A DNA stretch of 63,136 nucleotides, filler included, from Anaerolineae bacterium (GTDB taxonomy: Bacteria; Chloroflexota; Anaerolineae; B4-G1; DUEL01), in the NCBI GenBank assembly GCA_041082215.1. It is 8 parts of 8 records of this genome, joined end to end, with 100 filler letters (N's around TTAATTAATTAA, not from the genome) between each part and the next. Parts side by side here need not be neighbours in the genome. Positions count along the whole stretch, not along the records: positions 50,227 to 56,261 come from JBDOIF010000008.1; positions 56,362 to 59,954 come from JBDOIF010000010.1; positions 60,055 to 63,136 come from JBDOIF010000054.1; 5 more parts are not named here. One strand, written 5' to 3'. Of the stretch, positions 55,401 through 63,136 are shown piece after piece; within the stretch, counting starts at the first letter, position 1, and every line of letters starts with the position of its first letter. The notes under the pieces were generated by a model that was not told the origin of the DNA, ran no database searches, and saw nothing but the letters and a program-made list of their open reading frames with translations. The position numbers and the translations under genes are program-made.

Positions 55401-55662
55401 GGACGGGTCGCTCGTCGCCCAATCGGACGGGGTGCCGGCAAATTGGACCCGCCCCACCACCGGCTGGCTGCCGGGGGAGGTGGTGCTGGACGAACGGGTG
55501 CTGGCCGTTCCGGAAGAGGCCCTCGCAGGCGAATACAAATTGTGGGTCGGCTTATACGGCTGGCCATCGCTGGAGCGGCTCCCTGCCTTCCGCCCCGATG
55601 GCTCCCGCTGGCCCGACGACCGCGTCCTGCTGACCGAAATCGCCCTGTCCCCTGCGCCATGA
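52456..55662 (+). CDS. PTPS-related/YfhO-like GT-C membrane protein with Ig-like modules
   Basis: 'RWAPDMAHGFGFPLF'; 'RGSLWE'; 'QFPWRF'; three C-terminal modules; ATGA coupling. Confidence 0.83.
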   Translation: MSRHPSPVIRHSSLVLCLLLLFVPALQPLLTADLTCGYDNVFHLWRAVQVEQLWRQGVLFSRWAPDMAHGFGFPLFVFVSSLSASVAAALHLVGLQWPVALNGAFALGMLMGGLFAFLLARDLFGTPGGIVGAVAYVYAPYQAYEVFNRGSLWESFAWAFPPLALCGLHRWAVHRDRRFLTIGAVGLALLICTHQLFAFLFAPLLAGWVLLAWYNGRDPRALLRGAAMGLLGLGLSAFYWLPGLMEREFVQTERLLGTWVFDYHNNFITLADLLALPRSVDPALINDWPPKALGLLPVLVGLLPLLRWRGMGREQRAQVALLLLLAAGFALMALPLSLPLWEHLPFLPYVQFPWRFLGPAAFCLALLAAAIFDPRRNTHYATRTAYYVFRLGFPFTIAALLLGNLGWFYPAHCAPPEEISIRGMIAWERATDTLGTTARGEYLPVWVRRMPQSDDLRAAYETGGPISRLDPQSLPEAAHVLEADYGPLGAALGLETPVPFRARYLAFYYPGWRVWVDGEPVPIAPSNPEGLITFDVPAGLHTITIRFTETPLRLIADILSLASLVTLIATLFLIRPPVPQPPNHPITQSPARPVTQSPAHPATLLLTAFLLLLLKATLIDRVDNPLRHIRLRDGQLEGVEVPAQTVFDGQFRLLGHDALPEEVPGDRPIPVRLYWQDPVPGGPDYRVALALKGADGLTWSDPDPQPPRWHRTPPPAYLWPPDGYVLTAFDLRPMVGTPPGVYTVTLSVFDRATLAPFAAQGGAGRGLGLEIALGQVEITRPRRPPEAPPAQYRADFPLGPIRLVGYNLDRSEAAPGDPFLLTLFWQVEETPEEELRLQLNLQPATWHLQPSPFPLTQWREGDLWRGQHLLRLPAGLESGAYRWTLQVCQGSAPECEPMGEEVTLGTLEIHAPQRLWEPPPLDVKSNARLGDVVTLLGAQLTTCDLATICNLQPGTTLTVTLVWRAEAEMEASYRVFLHLVGPDGSLVAQSDGVPANWTRPTTGWLPGEVVLDERVLAVPEEALAGEYKLWVGLYGWPSLERLPAFRPDGSRWPDDRVLLTEIALSPAP

Positions 55663-56261
55663 ACACGCACCACACACCACGCAATACGCAATACGCAATA
55701 CGCAATACCACCTTTCTTCCTTTGCTTGCCATCACCCTCCTTTCCTTCGCCCTCCGTCTCTATCACCTCGACGCCCAGCCCATCTGGTGGGATGAGGCGA
55801 TTAGCATCCACCTGGCCACCTCCAGCCTGGCCAGCCTCCTTGCCGACCGGGCCGCCCACGTCCACCCACCGCTCTACTTCCTGTTGCTCAAGGCGTGGGT
55901 CGCTATCGCCGGCGTCAGCGCCTTCAGCGTCCGCTTCTTCTCTGCCTGGTTCAATACGCTCCTGGTCCCTGCCGTCTACGCCTTCGCAAACCGCCGGATA
56001 AGCAGGCGGACGGGCCAGTTCGCCGCCCTTCTCATCGCTCTCTCTCCCCTGTACATCGTGTACTCCCAGGAAGCCCGCGTCTATGCCCTCCTCCCCCTGG
56101 CCTACCTGGCCCTCCTTGGGCTGACGCGCCACCTGATCCGTGGAACACGGGGGCGCCTCTTCTCCTGGCTGTTGCTGACCGCTGTAGAGACGATCGGCCT
56201 CTATCTGCACTATGTCTTCGTCTTCCCCGTCATCTATGTCAACCTGCTCCTCCTGCCCGGC
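55659..56261 (+). CDS. GT-C (GT39/ArnT-like) glycosyltransferase, N-terminal part (3'-truncated)
   Basis: 'LRLYHLDAQPIWWDEA'; 'HPPLYFLLLKAW'; 'YSQEARVYA'; ATGA coupling. Confidence 0.85.
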
Positions 56262-56361
56262 NNNNNNNNNNNNNNNNNNNNNNNNNNNNNNNNNNNNNNN
56301 NNNNNTTAATTAATTAANNNNNNNNNNNNNNNNNNNNNNNNNNNNNNNNNNNNNNNNNNNN
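56262..56361. other. Artificial contig spacer
   Basis: N-run with TTAATTAATTAA. Confidence 0.99.
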
Positions 56362-57144
56362 CTCAGCGTGGTGGGCCGGGGGGAGATCGGCCCGGAAGAC
56401 CTGGGGTTGCTGGAGGCGGTGGGGCGGCAGGTGGGCATCGGCATAGAGAACGCCCGGCTCTGGGAAGAGGTCCGGCAGAAAGAGGCGGTCCGGCGGGACC
56501 TGCTCCACCGGCTGATGACGGCGCAGGAGGAGGAGCGGCGGCGTATCGCGCGGGAACTCCACGACGAGGCCGGACAGGCGCTGACCTCGCTCCTGGTCAG
56601 TCTGCGGCTGATGGAGAACGCGCAATCGCTGGAGGAGGTCCGTGCGCTGGTCGCCGGGATGAGGGAGGTGGTGAGCCAGACGCTGGACGAGGTGCATAAC
56701 CTGGCGGTGGAACTGCGGCCCAGCGTCCTGGACGATCTGGGGCTGGTGCCGGCGCTGGCCCGCTATGTACAGGGCTGTCGGGTCCGCTTCGGGATCGGGG
56801 TGGACCTGGAGGTGGTGGGGCTGGAGTCGGTCCGGTTGCCGGAGGCGGTGGAGACGGCGGTCTACCGCATTGCACAGGAGGCCCTGACCAACGCAGCCCG
56901 CCACGCGGGAGCGCGGCACGTGAGCATAATTCTGGAGCGGCGCGGGAATACGGTCGTGCTGATCGTGGAGGACGACGGGCAGGGGTTTGATGTGAGTGCA
57001 GTGATGGCGGCGCGAGAGCAGGGTCGCCTGGGGCTTCACGGCATGGCGGAGCGGGCCTCTCTGGTCGGCGGCCGCCTGACGGTGGAGTCCACTCCGGGGG
57101 CCGGGACAACGGTCATGCTGGAAGTGCCGGTGGGCGCCGGTTGA
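56362..57144 (+). CDS. HisKA_3-type sensor kinase (GAF tail + kinase; 5'-truncated)
   Basis: EEERRRIARELHDE; YRIAQEALTN; EDDGQGF; LGLHGMAER. Confidence 0.92.
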   Translation, partial: LSVVGRGEIGPEDLGLLEAVGRQVGIGIENARLWEEVRQKEAVRRDLLHRLMTAQEEERRRIARELHDEAGQALTSLLVSLRLMENAQSLEEVRALVAGMREVVSQTLDEVHNLAVELRPSVLDDLGLVPALARYVQGCRVRFGIGVDLEVVGLESVRLPEAVETAVYRIAQEALTNAARHAGARHVSIILERRGNTVVLIVEDDGQGFDVSAVMAAREQGRLGLHGMAERASLVGGRLTVESTPGAGTTVMLEVPVGAG

Positions 57145-57265
57145 AATCGGCCTTTTCGGGCACGTTGTGCCGGCCGTCGGCCTGCGCCGACGCTATCGCA
57201 ACCACGGATTTCACAGATTTCGGAAAGATAAATCCGCGTCTATCTGCGTTTATCTGCGTCCTGCG

Positions 57266-57928
57266 ATGGAACGAATCCGGGTGATGATTGCCGATGACCA
57301 CGCCGTCCTGCGGGCAGGGCTGCGGATGCTCCTGGACCGGGAGGCGGATATAGAAGTGGTGGGGGAGGCCCAGGACGGTGCGGAGGTGCTGGCGCGGGTG
57401 CGGGACCTGCGACCGGACGTTCTGCTTCTGGACGTGGCGATGCCCCGGCTGGGGGGATTGGAGGCGCTGCCGCGCGTCCGGGAGGCCTCCCCGGAGACGC
57501 ACGTGTTGATGCTGACGATGTACGAGGACGAAGAATATCTGCGGGAGGCACTGCGCGCCGGCGCCGCCGGGTACGTCCTCAAGCGGGCCGCCGCCGAGGA
57601 ACTCCTCTCCGCCATCCGCACCGTTTATCACGGCGGAGTTTATCTGCATCCCGAGCACGCCCGGCAGTTGCTGGAGGATATGGTAGACCGGGAAGCACGT
57701 CAGGTGGCCCAGAAGGAAATCCCCCTGAGCCCCCGGGAACAGGAAATACTCCGGCTGATCGCGCTGGGCTACACCAATCAACAGGCCGCCGACGCGCTCT
57801 ACCTGAGCGTCAAGACGGTAGAGACTTACCGGGCGCGGCTGATGGCCAAACTGGGCCTGCGCACCCGCGCGGAACTGGTCCGCTATGCGCTACAGACGGG
57901 CCTCTTGAAAGAAGCAGAGAACGAATAG
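57266..57928 (+). CDS. NarL/LuxR-family response regulator (NreC-like)
   Basis: IADDH; LLLDVAMP; GYVLK; 'LSPREQEIL..LSVKTVETYR'. Confidence 0.94.
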   Translation: MERIRVMIADDHAVLRAGLRMLLDREADIEVVGEAQDGAEVLARVRDLRPDVLLLDVAMPRLGGLEALPRVREASPETHVLMLTMYEDEEYLREALRAGAAGYVLKRAAAEELLSAIRTVYHGGVYLHPEHARQLLEDMVDREARQVAQKEIPLSPREQEILRLIALGYTNQQAADALYLSVKTVETYRARLMAKLGLRTRAELVRYALQTGLLKEAENE

Positions 57929-57936
57929 CGCGGCAC

Positions 57937-58030
57937 ACTTCCCCTCTCTGTTGTCAGGTTTTCCCCTACCGCCTGAAGGCGGGTTTTCCCTGACAAATTC
58001 TCCAACTTTCCCCGATAGACATTTCCCCTT
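57937..58030. promoter_or_regulatory. Candidate response-regulator binding repeats
   Basis: TGTCAGG...CCTGACA inverted pair and five TTCCC direct repeats upstream of the transporter. Confidence 0.4.
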
Positions 58031-58046
58031 TCAGCCTCTAAAATAA

Positions 58047-58081
58047 GACGTGCCAGGCACTTCCGAACTGCCTGGCACGTC
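58047..58081. repeat. Palindromic element
   Basis: GACGTGCCAGGCA-N9-TGCCTGGCACGTC. Confidence 0.7.
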
Positions 58082-58138
58082 CTGGCATGTCTGCCTGGGC
58101 CAGGATGTCGTCGGGTAGCCGCGCAGGTAGAAACAGTT

Positions 58139-59359
58139 ATGGCATCCTCTTCCTCTTCTTCCGATCACCCCTCTCTCTGGGGAGAGGTCAGCGGCGCGCT
58201 GGGCGACCTGGGCACTCTGGTCCCGCTGGCGGTAGCGTTGATCACGGTCAATGGCCTCCCGGCCACCGGCGTCTTCGTCGGCATCGGGGTAGCCTACATT
58301 CTGGTCGGCCTCTTCTACCACCTGCCCATCCCGGTCCAGCCGCTGAAAGCGGTGGCGGCGATTGCCATCGCCCGCGGGCTCTCCGGCCGCATGGTGACAG
58401 CGGCGGGTTGGTGGATGGGCATGCTGATGCTCCTCTTCGCCCTTACCGACGCGCCTCGCTGGTTGAGCCGGTTCTTTACCCGGCCTGTGATCCGGGGCCT
58501 GCAATTAGGGGTGGGGCTGATGCTGATCCGCAGCGGCCTGGCTCTGGTTTCCCGACCCCAGGTGGTTCCCGGGGGTGAGGAGCGGGTCGTTCACCTGGCC
58601 GCGCGGGCCGTCCCCCTGGGATGGGTACTGGCCGCGCTGACGGCAGGGGTTCTCTTCTGGGCCCTCCGCAACCGCTGCTGGCCCCCGGGCCTGCCGGTCC
58701 TGGCCTTCGGTGGGCTGGCTGCTCTGGTCTTCGGTGGTGCGGGGCGGCTCCTGGGGACAGTCCGTCTGGGGTTGGCCCTGCCAGTACCGGTTCTTCCCCA
58801 GCCCGGCGACCTGGCGGCGGCCCTGGTCTATCTGGTCCTGCCCCAGATTCCCCTCACCCTGGGCAACGCCGTCTTTGCCACGGCGGATACGGCGCGCATT
58901 TACTTCGGCGAGCGGGCCCGACGGGTCACCCCTCGTAACCTGATGGCGACCATCGGGGTTTCCCAGTTGATCGCCGCGCTGTTCGGGGGCACCCCCGTCT
59001 GCCACGGCTCCGGAGGCCTCACCGCCCACTACCGCCTGGGCGCGCGCACCAGCCTGGCCCCCCTTCTGATGGGCACGCTCTGCCTGGCCCTGGCCCTCTT
59101 CGTGGATGGCCACGTTCTTCCCTTCCTGGCCCTGGTCCCCTACCCGGTACTGGGCGTCCTGCTGGCTTTCTCGGGCTTCCAACATGCCCGGCTGGTTCGG
59201 GATCTGCGGGAGTGGGAGAAAGTGGCCGTTGCGCTGGTCACCGCCGGGATCGGCCTCGTCACCGGTAACCTGGCCCTGGGCTTCGGGGGAGGGATTCTCC
59301 TGGACCAGGCATTCCGGCTGGCCCGGCGGGTGCGGGCCCGGCAGGCGACACCTTCGTAG
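58139..59359 (+). CDS. MOT1-family molybdate/sulfate transporter
   Basis: 'GEVSGALGDLGT'; 'PIPVQPLKA'; 'PQIPLTLGNA'; 'PVCHGSGGL'; adjacent to mobA. Confidence 0.85.
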   Translation: MASSSSSSDHPSLWGEVSGALGDLGTLVPLAVALITVNGLPATGVFVGIGVAYILVGLFYHLPIPVQPLKAVAAIAIARGLSGRMVTAAGWWMGMLMLLFALTDAPRWLSRFFTRPVIRGLQLGVGLMLIRSGLALVSRPQVVPGGEERVVHLAARAVPLGWVLAALTAGVLFWALRNRCWPPGLPVLAFGGLAALVFGGAGRLLGTVRLGLALPVPVLPQPGDLAAALVYLVLPQIPLTLGNAVFATADTARIYFGERARRVTPRNLMATIGVSQLIAALFGGTPVCHGSGGLTAHYRLGARTSLAPLLMGTLCLALALFVDGHVLPFLALVPYPVLGVLLAFSGFQHARLVRDLREWEKVAVALVTAGIGLVTGNLALGFGGGILLDQAFRLARRVRARQATPS

Positions 59360-59371
59360 CGAGAGGGGAAA

Positions 59372-59954
59372 ATGGCCGCCAGCGGCGCGGTTTTAGTCGG
59401 CGGGCAGAGCCGGCGGATGGGCGTAGATAAGCCCCTGCTCTCCCTCCGGGGCCGCCGTATGATTGAGTGGGTCATGGAGGCCCTGAGCCAGGTAGTGGAT
59501 GAGGTCCTGCTGGTCGGGCGGGGGGCAGGCCGTCTGGCCTGGCTGGGGCTCTCCACGGTGGAGGACCTGGTCCCCGGGGGCGGGCCGCTGGCAGGCATCT
59601 TCACCGCGCTGACGGTGGCCCGTTCCCCCCACTGCCTGGTCGTCGCCTGCGACATGCCCTTTCTGGACCCGGCCCTCCTGGCCTACCTGCTGGAGCAGGC
59701 CCCTGGCTGGGACGCGGTGGTGCCCGCAGTAGACGGCCATCTGGAACCGCTGCACGCCGTCTATGCTCGCTCCTGCCTGCCGGTCATTGGCCGGATGGTG
59801 GCGGCGGGAGAACTCTGCCCGCTGGACCTCTATCCTCGGGTGCGGGTGCGGTACGTGGGAGAGGGAGAGATTGCCGCCTTCGCTGGCGGGCGACGGTCCT
59901 TTATTAACTTCAACACGCCGGAGGACCTGAAAGAGGACCTGCAGGCCTCACAAA
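59372..59954 (+). CDS. mobA: Molybdenum cofactor guanylyltransferase (stop lost at contig end)
   Basis: LVGGQSRRMGVDK; GPLAGI; ACDMPF; EPLHAVY; NFNTPED. Confidence 0.93.
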
Positions 59955-60054
59955 NNNNNNNNNNNNNNNNNNNNNNNNNNNNNNNNNNNNNNNNNNNNTT
60001 AATTAATTAANNNNNNNNNNNNNNNNNNNNNNNNNNNNNNNNNNNNNNNNNNNN
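59955..60054. other. Artificial contig spacer
   Basis: N-run with TTAATTAATTAA. Confidence 0.99.
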
Positions 60055-60055
60055 T

Positions 60056-63000
60056 ACCGTCTGCCAGCAGTGCAACACCCAGTGCGGCATCAAGGTCCGG
60101 CTGCTGGACGGGGTGGCCGCCAAGATAGACGGTAACCCTTACTCCCCCTGGAACCTCTACCCCCATTTGCCCTACAAGACGCCCCTGCGGGAGGTAGCCC
60201 CGATAGACGGCTACATCTGCCCCAAGGGGCAGGCCGGCATCCAGACCGCCTACGACCCCTACCGCATCCGCACCGTCCTCAAGCGCAAGCCCGGAACCAA
60301 ACGGGGCGAGAATCAATGGATCACCATTCCCTTTGACCAGGCAGTCCGGGAGATTGTGGAGGGCGGCGACCTCTTCGGCGAGGGACATGTCCAGGGCCTG
60401 CGGGAACTCTGGGCCATCCGCGACCCCAAAGTGATGAAGGAAATGGGGGAGTTTGTCAAGAAAATCTGGGCCGAGAAGGACCCGGAGAAGAAAAAGGTCC
60501 TGGTGGAAGAGTTCAAGACTCAGTTCGCCGACTACGTGGATGGGATGATAGACCCCGACCATCCCGACCTGGGGCCGAAGAACAACCAGATTGTGCTGAT
60601 GTGGGGGCGGCTCAAGGGCGGCCGTTCGGACCTCCTCCACCGCTTCTTCGGCAGCGGCCTGGGCACCGTCAACCGGCATGGCCACACCACCGTCTGCCAG
60701 GGTTCTCTCTACTTTGGCTGTAAGGCTATGTCGGAGCAGTTTGTGGACGGCAAGTTCTCCGGCGGGGCCAAGTTCTACTGGCAGGCAGACCTGGGCAACA
60801 GCGAGTTCGTCATCTTCGTGGGAGCCAGCCTCTTTGAGGGCAACTACGGCCCGCCGCTGCGGGTGATCAAAATCACCGAGGGCTTAACCGAGGAACGGCT
60901 GAGGTACGCGGTAATTGACCCCCGCTTCTCCAAGATGGCCTCCCGGGCCTGGAAGTGGATCCCCAATAAGCCCGGCACTGAGGGAGCCATCGCGATGGGG
61001 ATGATCCGCTGGATCATAGAGAACGGGCGATATAATGAGGCCTTCCTGCGCAACGCCAACAAAGCCGCCGCCAAAGCCGCCGGGGAGCCCACCTGGACCA
61101 ACGCCGTCTGGCTGGTGAAAATCGGCGAGGACGGCACCCCCGGTGCCTTCCTGCGCGCTGCCGAGATCGGCCTTACCACGAAGCAGGAAGTGGAAAAGGA
61201 GGGCAAGAAGGTCACCGTCTACGTCACCCCCGAGGGCGAGGAGTACGCCTACGACCTGCTGGTCACCATGGTAGAGGGCAAACCGGTGGCCTTTGACCCT
61301 AACGACGCCGAGACCGTCGTGGTGGGCGACCTCTTCGTGGACACTACCCTGCGGAGTCCCGATGGCAAGGCCATCCCGGTCAAGAGTGGGATGCAGGTCC
61401 TCAAAGAGTCGGCGGAGAGGATGACCATAGAGGAGTACGCTGCCGAGGCCGGGATCAAGCCCGAGGACATCGTGGACCTGGCCCGGGAGTTCACCAGCCA
61501 CGGCAAGCGGGCGGCAGTGGACATCCACCGGGGCGTCTCCCAGCACACCAACGGTTTCTACAACGTGGTGGCCTGGTTCACCCTCAGCCTCCTCATCGGC
61601 AACTACGACTGGGCCGGTGGGATGATTAAGGCCACCACCTACGACTACCTGGGCGCCAAAGCGAAGGGGCCCTTTGAACTGGGGCAGATGAACCCAGGCG
61701 CCCTCTCCCCTTTCGGCATCAGCGTCATCCGCCACGAGGTCAAGTGGCAGGATACCACCCTCTACGACGGGCAGTATCCGGCGAAGCGGAACTGGTACCC
61801 CCTCTCTTCGGATATTTACCAGGAGATCATCCCCTCCATCGGCGATGCCTATCCGTATCCGGTGAAGATTTTGTTCATCTATATGGGCACGCCGGTCTAT
61901 TCCCTGCCCGCCGGGAACACCAACATTGAGGTCCTTAAAGAGCCGAGGAAAATCCCCCTCATCGTCGCCTCGGACATCATTGTGGGGGAGACCTCCATGT
62001 ACGCCGACTACATCTTCCCCGACCTCTCCTACCTGGAGCGGTGGGAGTTCGTCGGGTCTCACCCGTCGGTGGCCTGGAAGGTGCAACCGGTCCGGCAGCC
62101 GGTTATCCCGCCCCTCACCGAGACAGTGCGGGTCTACGGGCAGGAGATGCCCCTCTCCCTGGAGGCGATGCTCCTGGGCCTGGCGGAGGCGCTGGGACTG
62201 CCCAACTTCGGGCCCAACGGCCTGGGCGAGGGGGTTCCCCTCACCCACCCGGACGACCTCTACCTGCGGATGGTCGCCAACCTGGCCTTCGGCGAGAAGG
62301 AAGACGGCTCCGACACCGTCCCCGACGCCGATGACGACGAGGTTCGCCTCTTCCTGGAAGCCCGGCAGTATCTGCCGAAGAGCGTCTTTGACCCTGACCG
62401 GTGGAAGAACATCGTGGGAGAGGACCTCTGGCGGAAGGTGGTCTATGTCCTCAACCGGGGCGGCCGTTTCCAGGACTTCGCCAAGGCCTACGAGGGCGCG
62501 CAGGTGAAGAATAAGTACGGGCAACTGATCAACCTCTACCAGGAGAAGACGGCCACCACCAAGAGTTCCATGACCGGGAAGCCCTACTTCGGCTGCGCGG
62601 CCTACATCCCCGGACCTCGGGACGTCCTGAGCAACCCGCTGGAGGATGAGAAGGCCGGCTACGATATGGTGCTCATCACCTACCGGGAAATCTTCCACAC
62701 CAAGAGCCGCACCATTGCCGACTACTGGCTCCTGGGCGTGGCGCCGGAGAACTACATCCTGCTCAACGCTCAGGACGCGGCCCGGCTGGGGCTGGCAGAC
62801 GGCGATCCCATCAAAGTGGTCTCGCCCGACAACCCCGAGGGGGCCTGGGACCTGGGGAACGGGCAGAAGAAGCCGATGGTGGGGAAGGTCAGGGTGGTGC
62901 AGGGCCTGCGGCCGGGGGTGATTGCCTTCAGCCTGGGGCACGGCCACTGGGCCTACGGCGCCTCGGACATTGTCATAGACGGCCAGGTCATTAAAGGCGA

Positions 63001-63136
63001 CCCGCGCCGGGCCACGGGCGTCCACGCCAATGCGGCCATGCGGGTGGACCCGTACCTGAAGAACACCTGCCTGGTGGACCCGGTGGGTGGTTCGGCCGTC
63101 TTTTACGACACGCGGGTGAAGGTGGTGAAGGCGTAG
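60056..63136 (+). CDS. Mo/W-bisPGD oxidoreductase catalytic subunit, tetrathionate/selenate reductase (TtrA/SrdA)-like (5'-truncated)
   Basis: Frame opens with [20 protein letters not shown] ([4Fe-4S]); '[35 protein letters not shown]'; '[13 protein letters not shown]'; [12 protein letters not shown]. Confidence 0.85.
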   Translation, partial: TVCQQCNTQCGIKVRLLDGVAAKIDGNPYSPWNLYPHLPYKTPLREVAPIDGYICPKGQAGIQTAYDPYRIRTVLKRKPGTKRGENQWITIPFDQAVREIVEGGDLFGEGHVQGLRELWAIRDPKVMKEMGEFVKKIWAEKDPEKKKVLVEEFKTQFADYVDGMIDPDHPDLGPKNNQIVLMWGRLKGGRSDLLHRFFGSGLGTVNRHGHTTVCQGSLYFGCKAMSEQFVDGKFSGGAKFYWQADLGNSEFVIFVGASLFEGNYGPPLRVIKITEGLTEERLRYAVIDPRFSKMASRAWKWIPNKPGTEGAIAMGMIRWIIENGRYNEAFLRNANKAAAKAAGEPTWTNAVWLVKIGEDGTPGAFLRAAEIGLTTKQEVEKEGKKVTVYVTPEGEEYAYDLLVTMVEGKPVAFDPNDAETVVVGDLFVDTTLRSPDGKAIPVKSGMQVLKESAERMTIEEYAAEAGIKPEDIVDLAREFTSHGKRAAVDIHRGVSQHTNGFYNVVAWFTLSLLIGNYDWAGGMIKATTYDYLGAKAKGPFELGQMNPGALSPFGISVIRHEVKWQDTTLYDGQYPAKRNWYPLSSDIYQEIIPSIGDAYPYPVKILFIYMGTPVYSLPAGNTNIEVLKEPRKIPLIVASDIIVGETSMYADYIFPDLSYLERWEFVGSHPSVAWKVQPVRQPVIPPLTETVRVYGQEMPLSLEAMLLGLAEALGLPNFGPNGLGEGVPLTHPDDLYLRMVANLAFGEKEDGSDTVPDADDDEVRLFLEARQYLPKSVFDPDRWKNIVGEDLWRKVVYVLNRGGRFQDFAKAYEGAQVKNKYGQLINLYQEKTATTKSSMTGKPYFGCAAYIPGPRDVLSNPLEDEKAGYDMVLITYREIFHTKSRTIADYWLLGVAPENYILLNAQDAARLGLADGDPIKVVSPDNPEGAWDLGNGQKKPMVGKVRVVQGLRPGVIAFSLGHGHWAYGASDIVIDGQVIKGDPRRATGVHANAAMRVDPYLKNTCLVDPVGGSAVFYDTRVKVVKA

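Noticed and set aside
59372..63136. mobA and TtrA-like gene as one operon
   Set aside because: Separated by a contig spacer, so adjacency is not evidence

Overview
GC-rich bacterial sequence. The gene content (Tad locus, MoxR/vWA cluster, expanded GT-C membrane glycosyltransferases, T-box-led valS, STAND NTPases) suggests a Chloroflexota/Anaerolineae-type genome, which is an inference. The window is eight contigs joined by 100-nt N/TTAATTAATTAA spacers, so synteny across spacers is meaningless. Contig 1 (1-6719): Tad/Flp pilus operon heavily invaded by GTAG-type REP palindromes. Contig 2 (6820-29231): ABC transporter + MoxR/DUF58/vWA operon, porCDAB, an ECF sigma/anti-sigma module, hemW/GNAT and a kinase fragment. 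Contig 3 (29332-43890): three GT-C-type membrane proteins followed by five consecutive co-directional P-loop NTPase genes. Three are mutually paralogous (one membrane-anchored, one wHTH-fused, one bare) and two are STAND NTPases, one with TPRs; phased operator-like repeats lie inside the cluster. This cluster is the best candidate for an undescribed signalling/defence system. Contig 4: valS, a methyltransferase under a Val T-box, ctaB, sfsA, tRNA-Asp. Contig 5: beta-propeller/clan GH-A protein and a lipoprotein. Contig 6: three more GT-C proteins. Contig 7: NarL-type two-component system, MOT1-type transporter, mobA. Contig 8: TtrA-like molybdoenzyme. Several families of short tandem/inverted repeats recur throughout, often inserted in frame at homologous protein loops.
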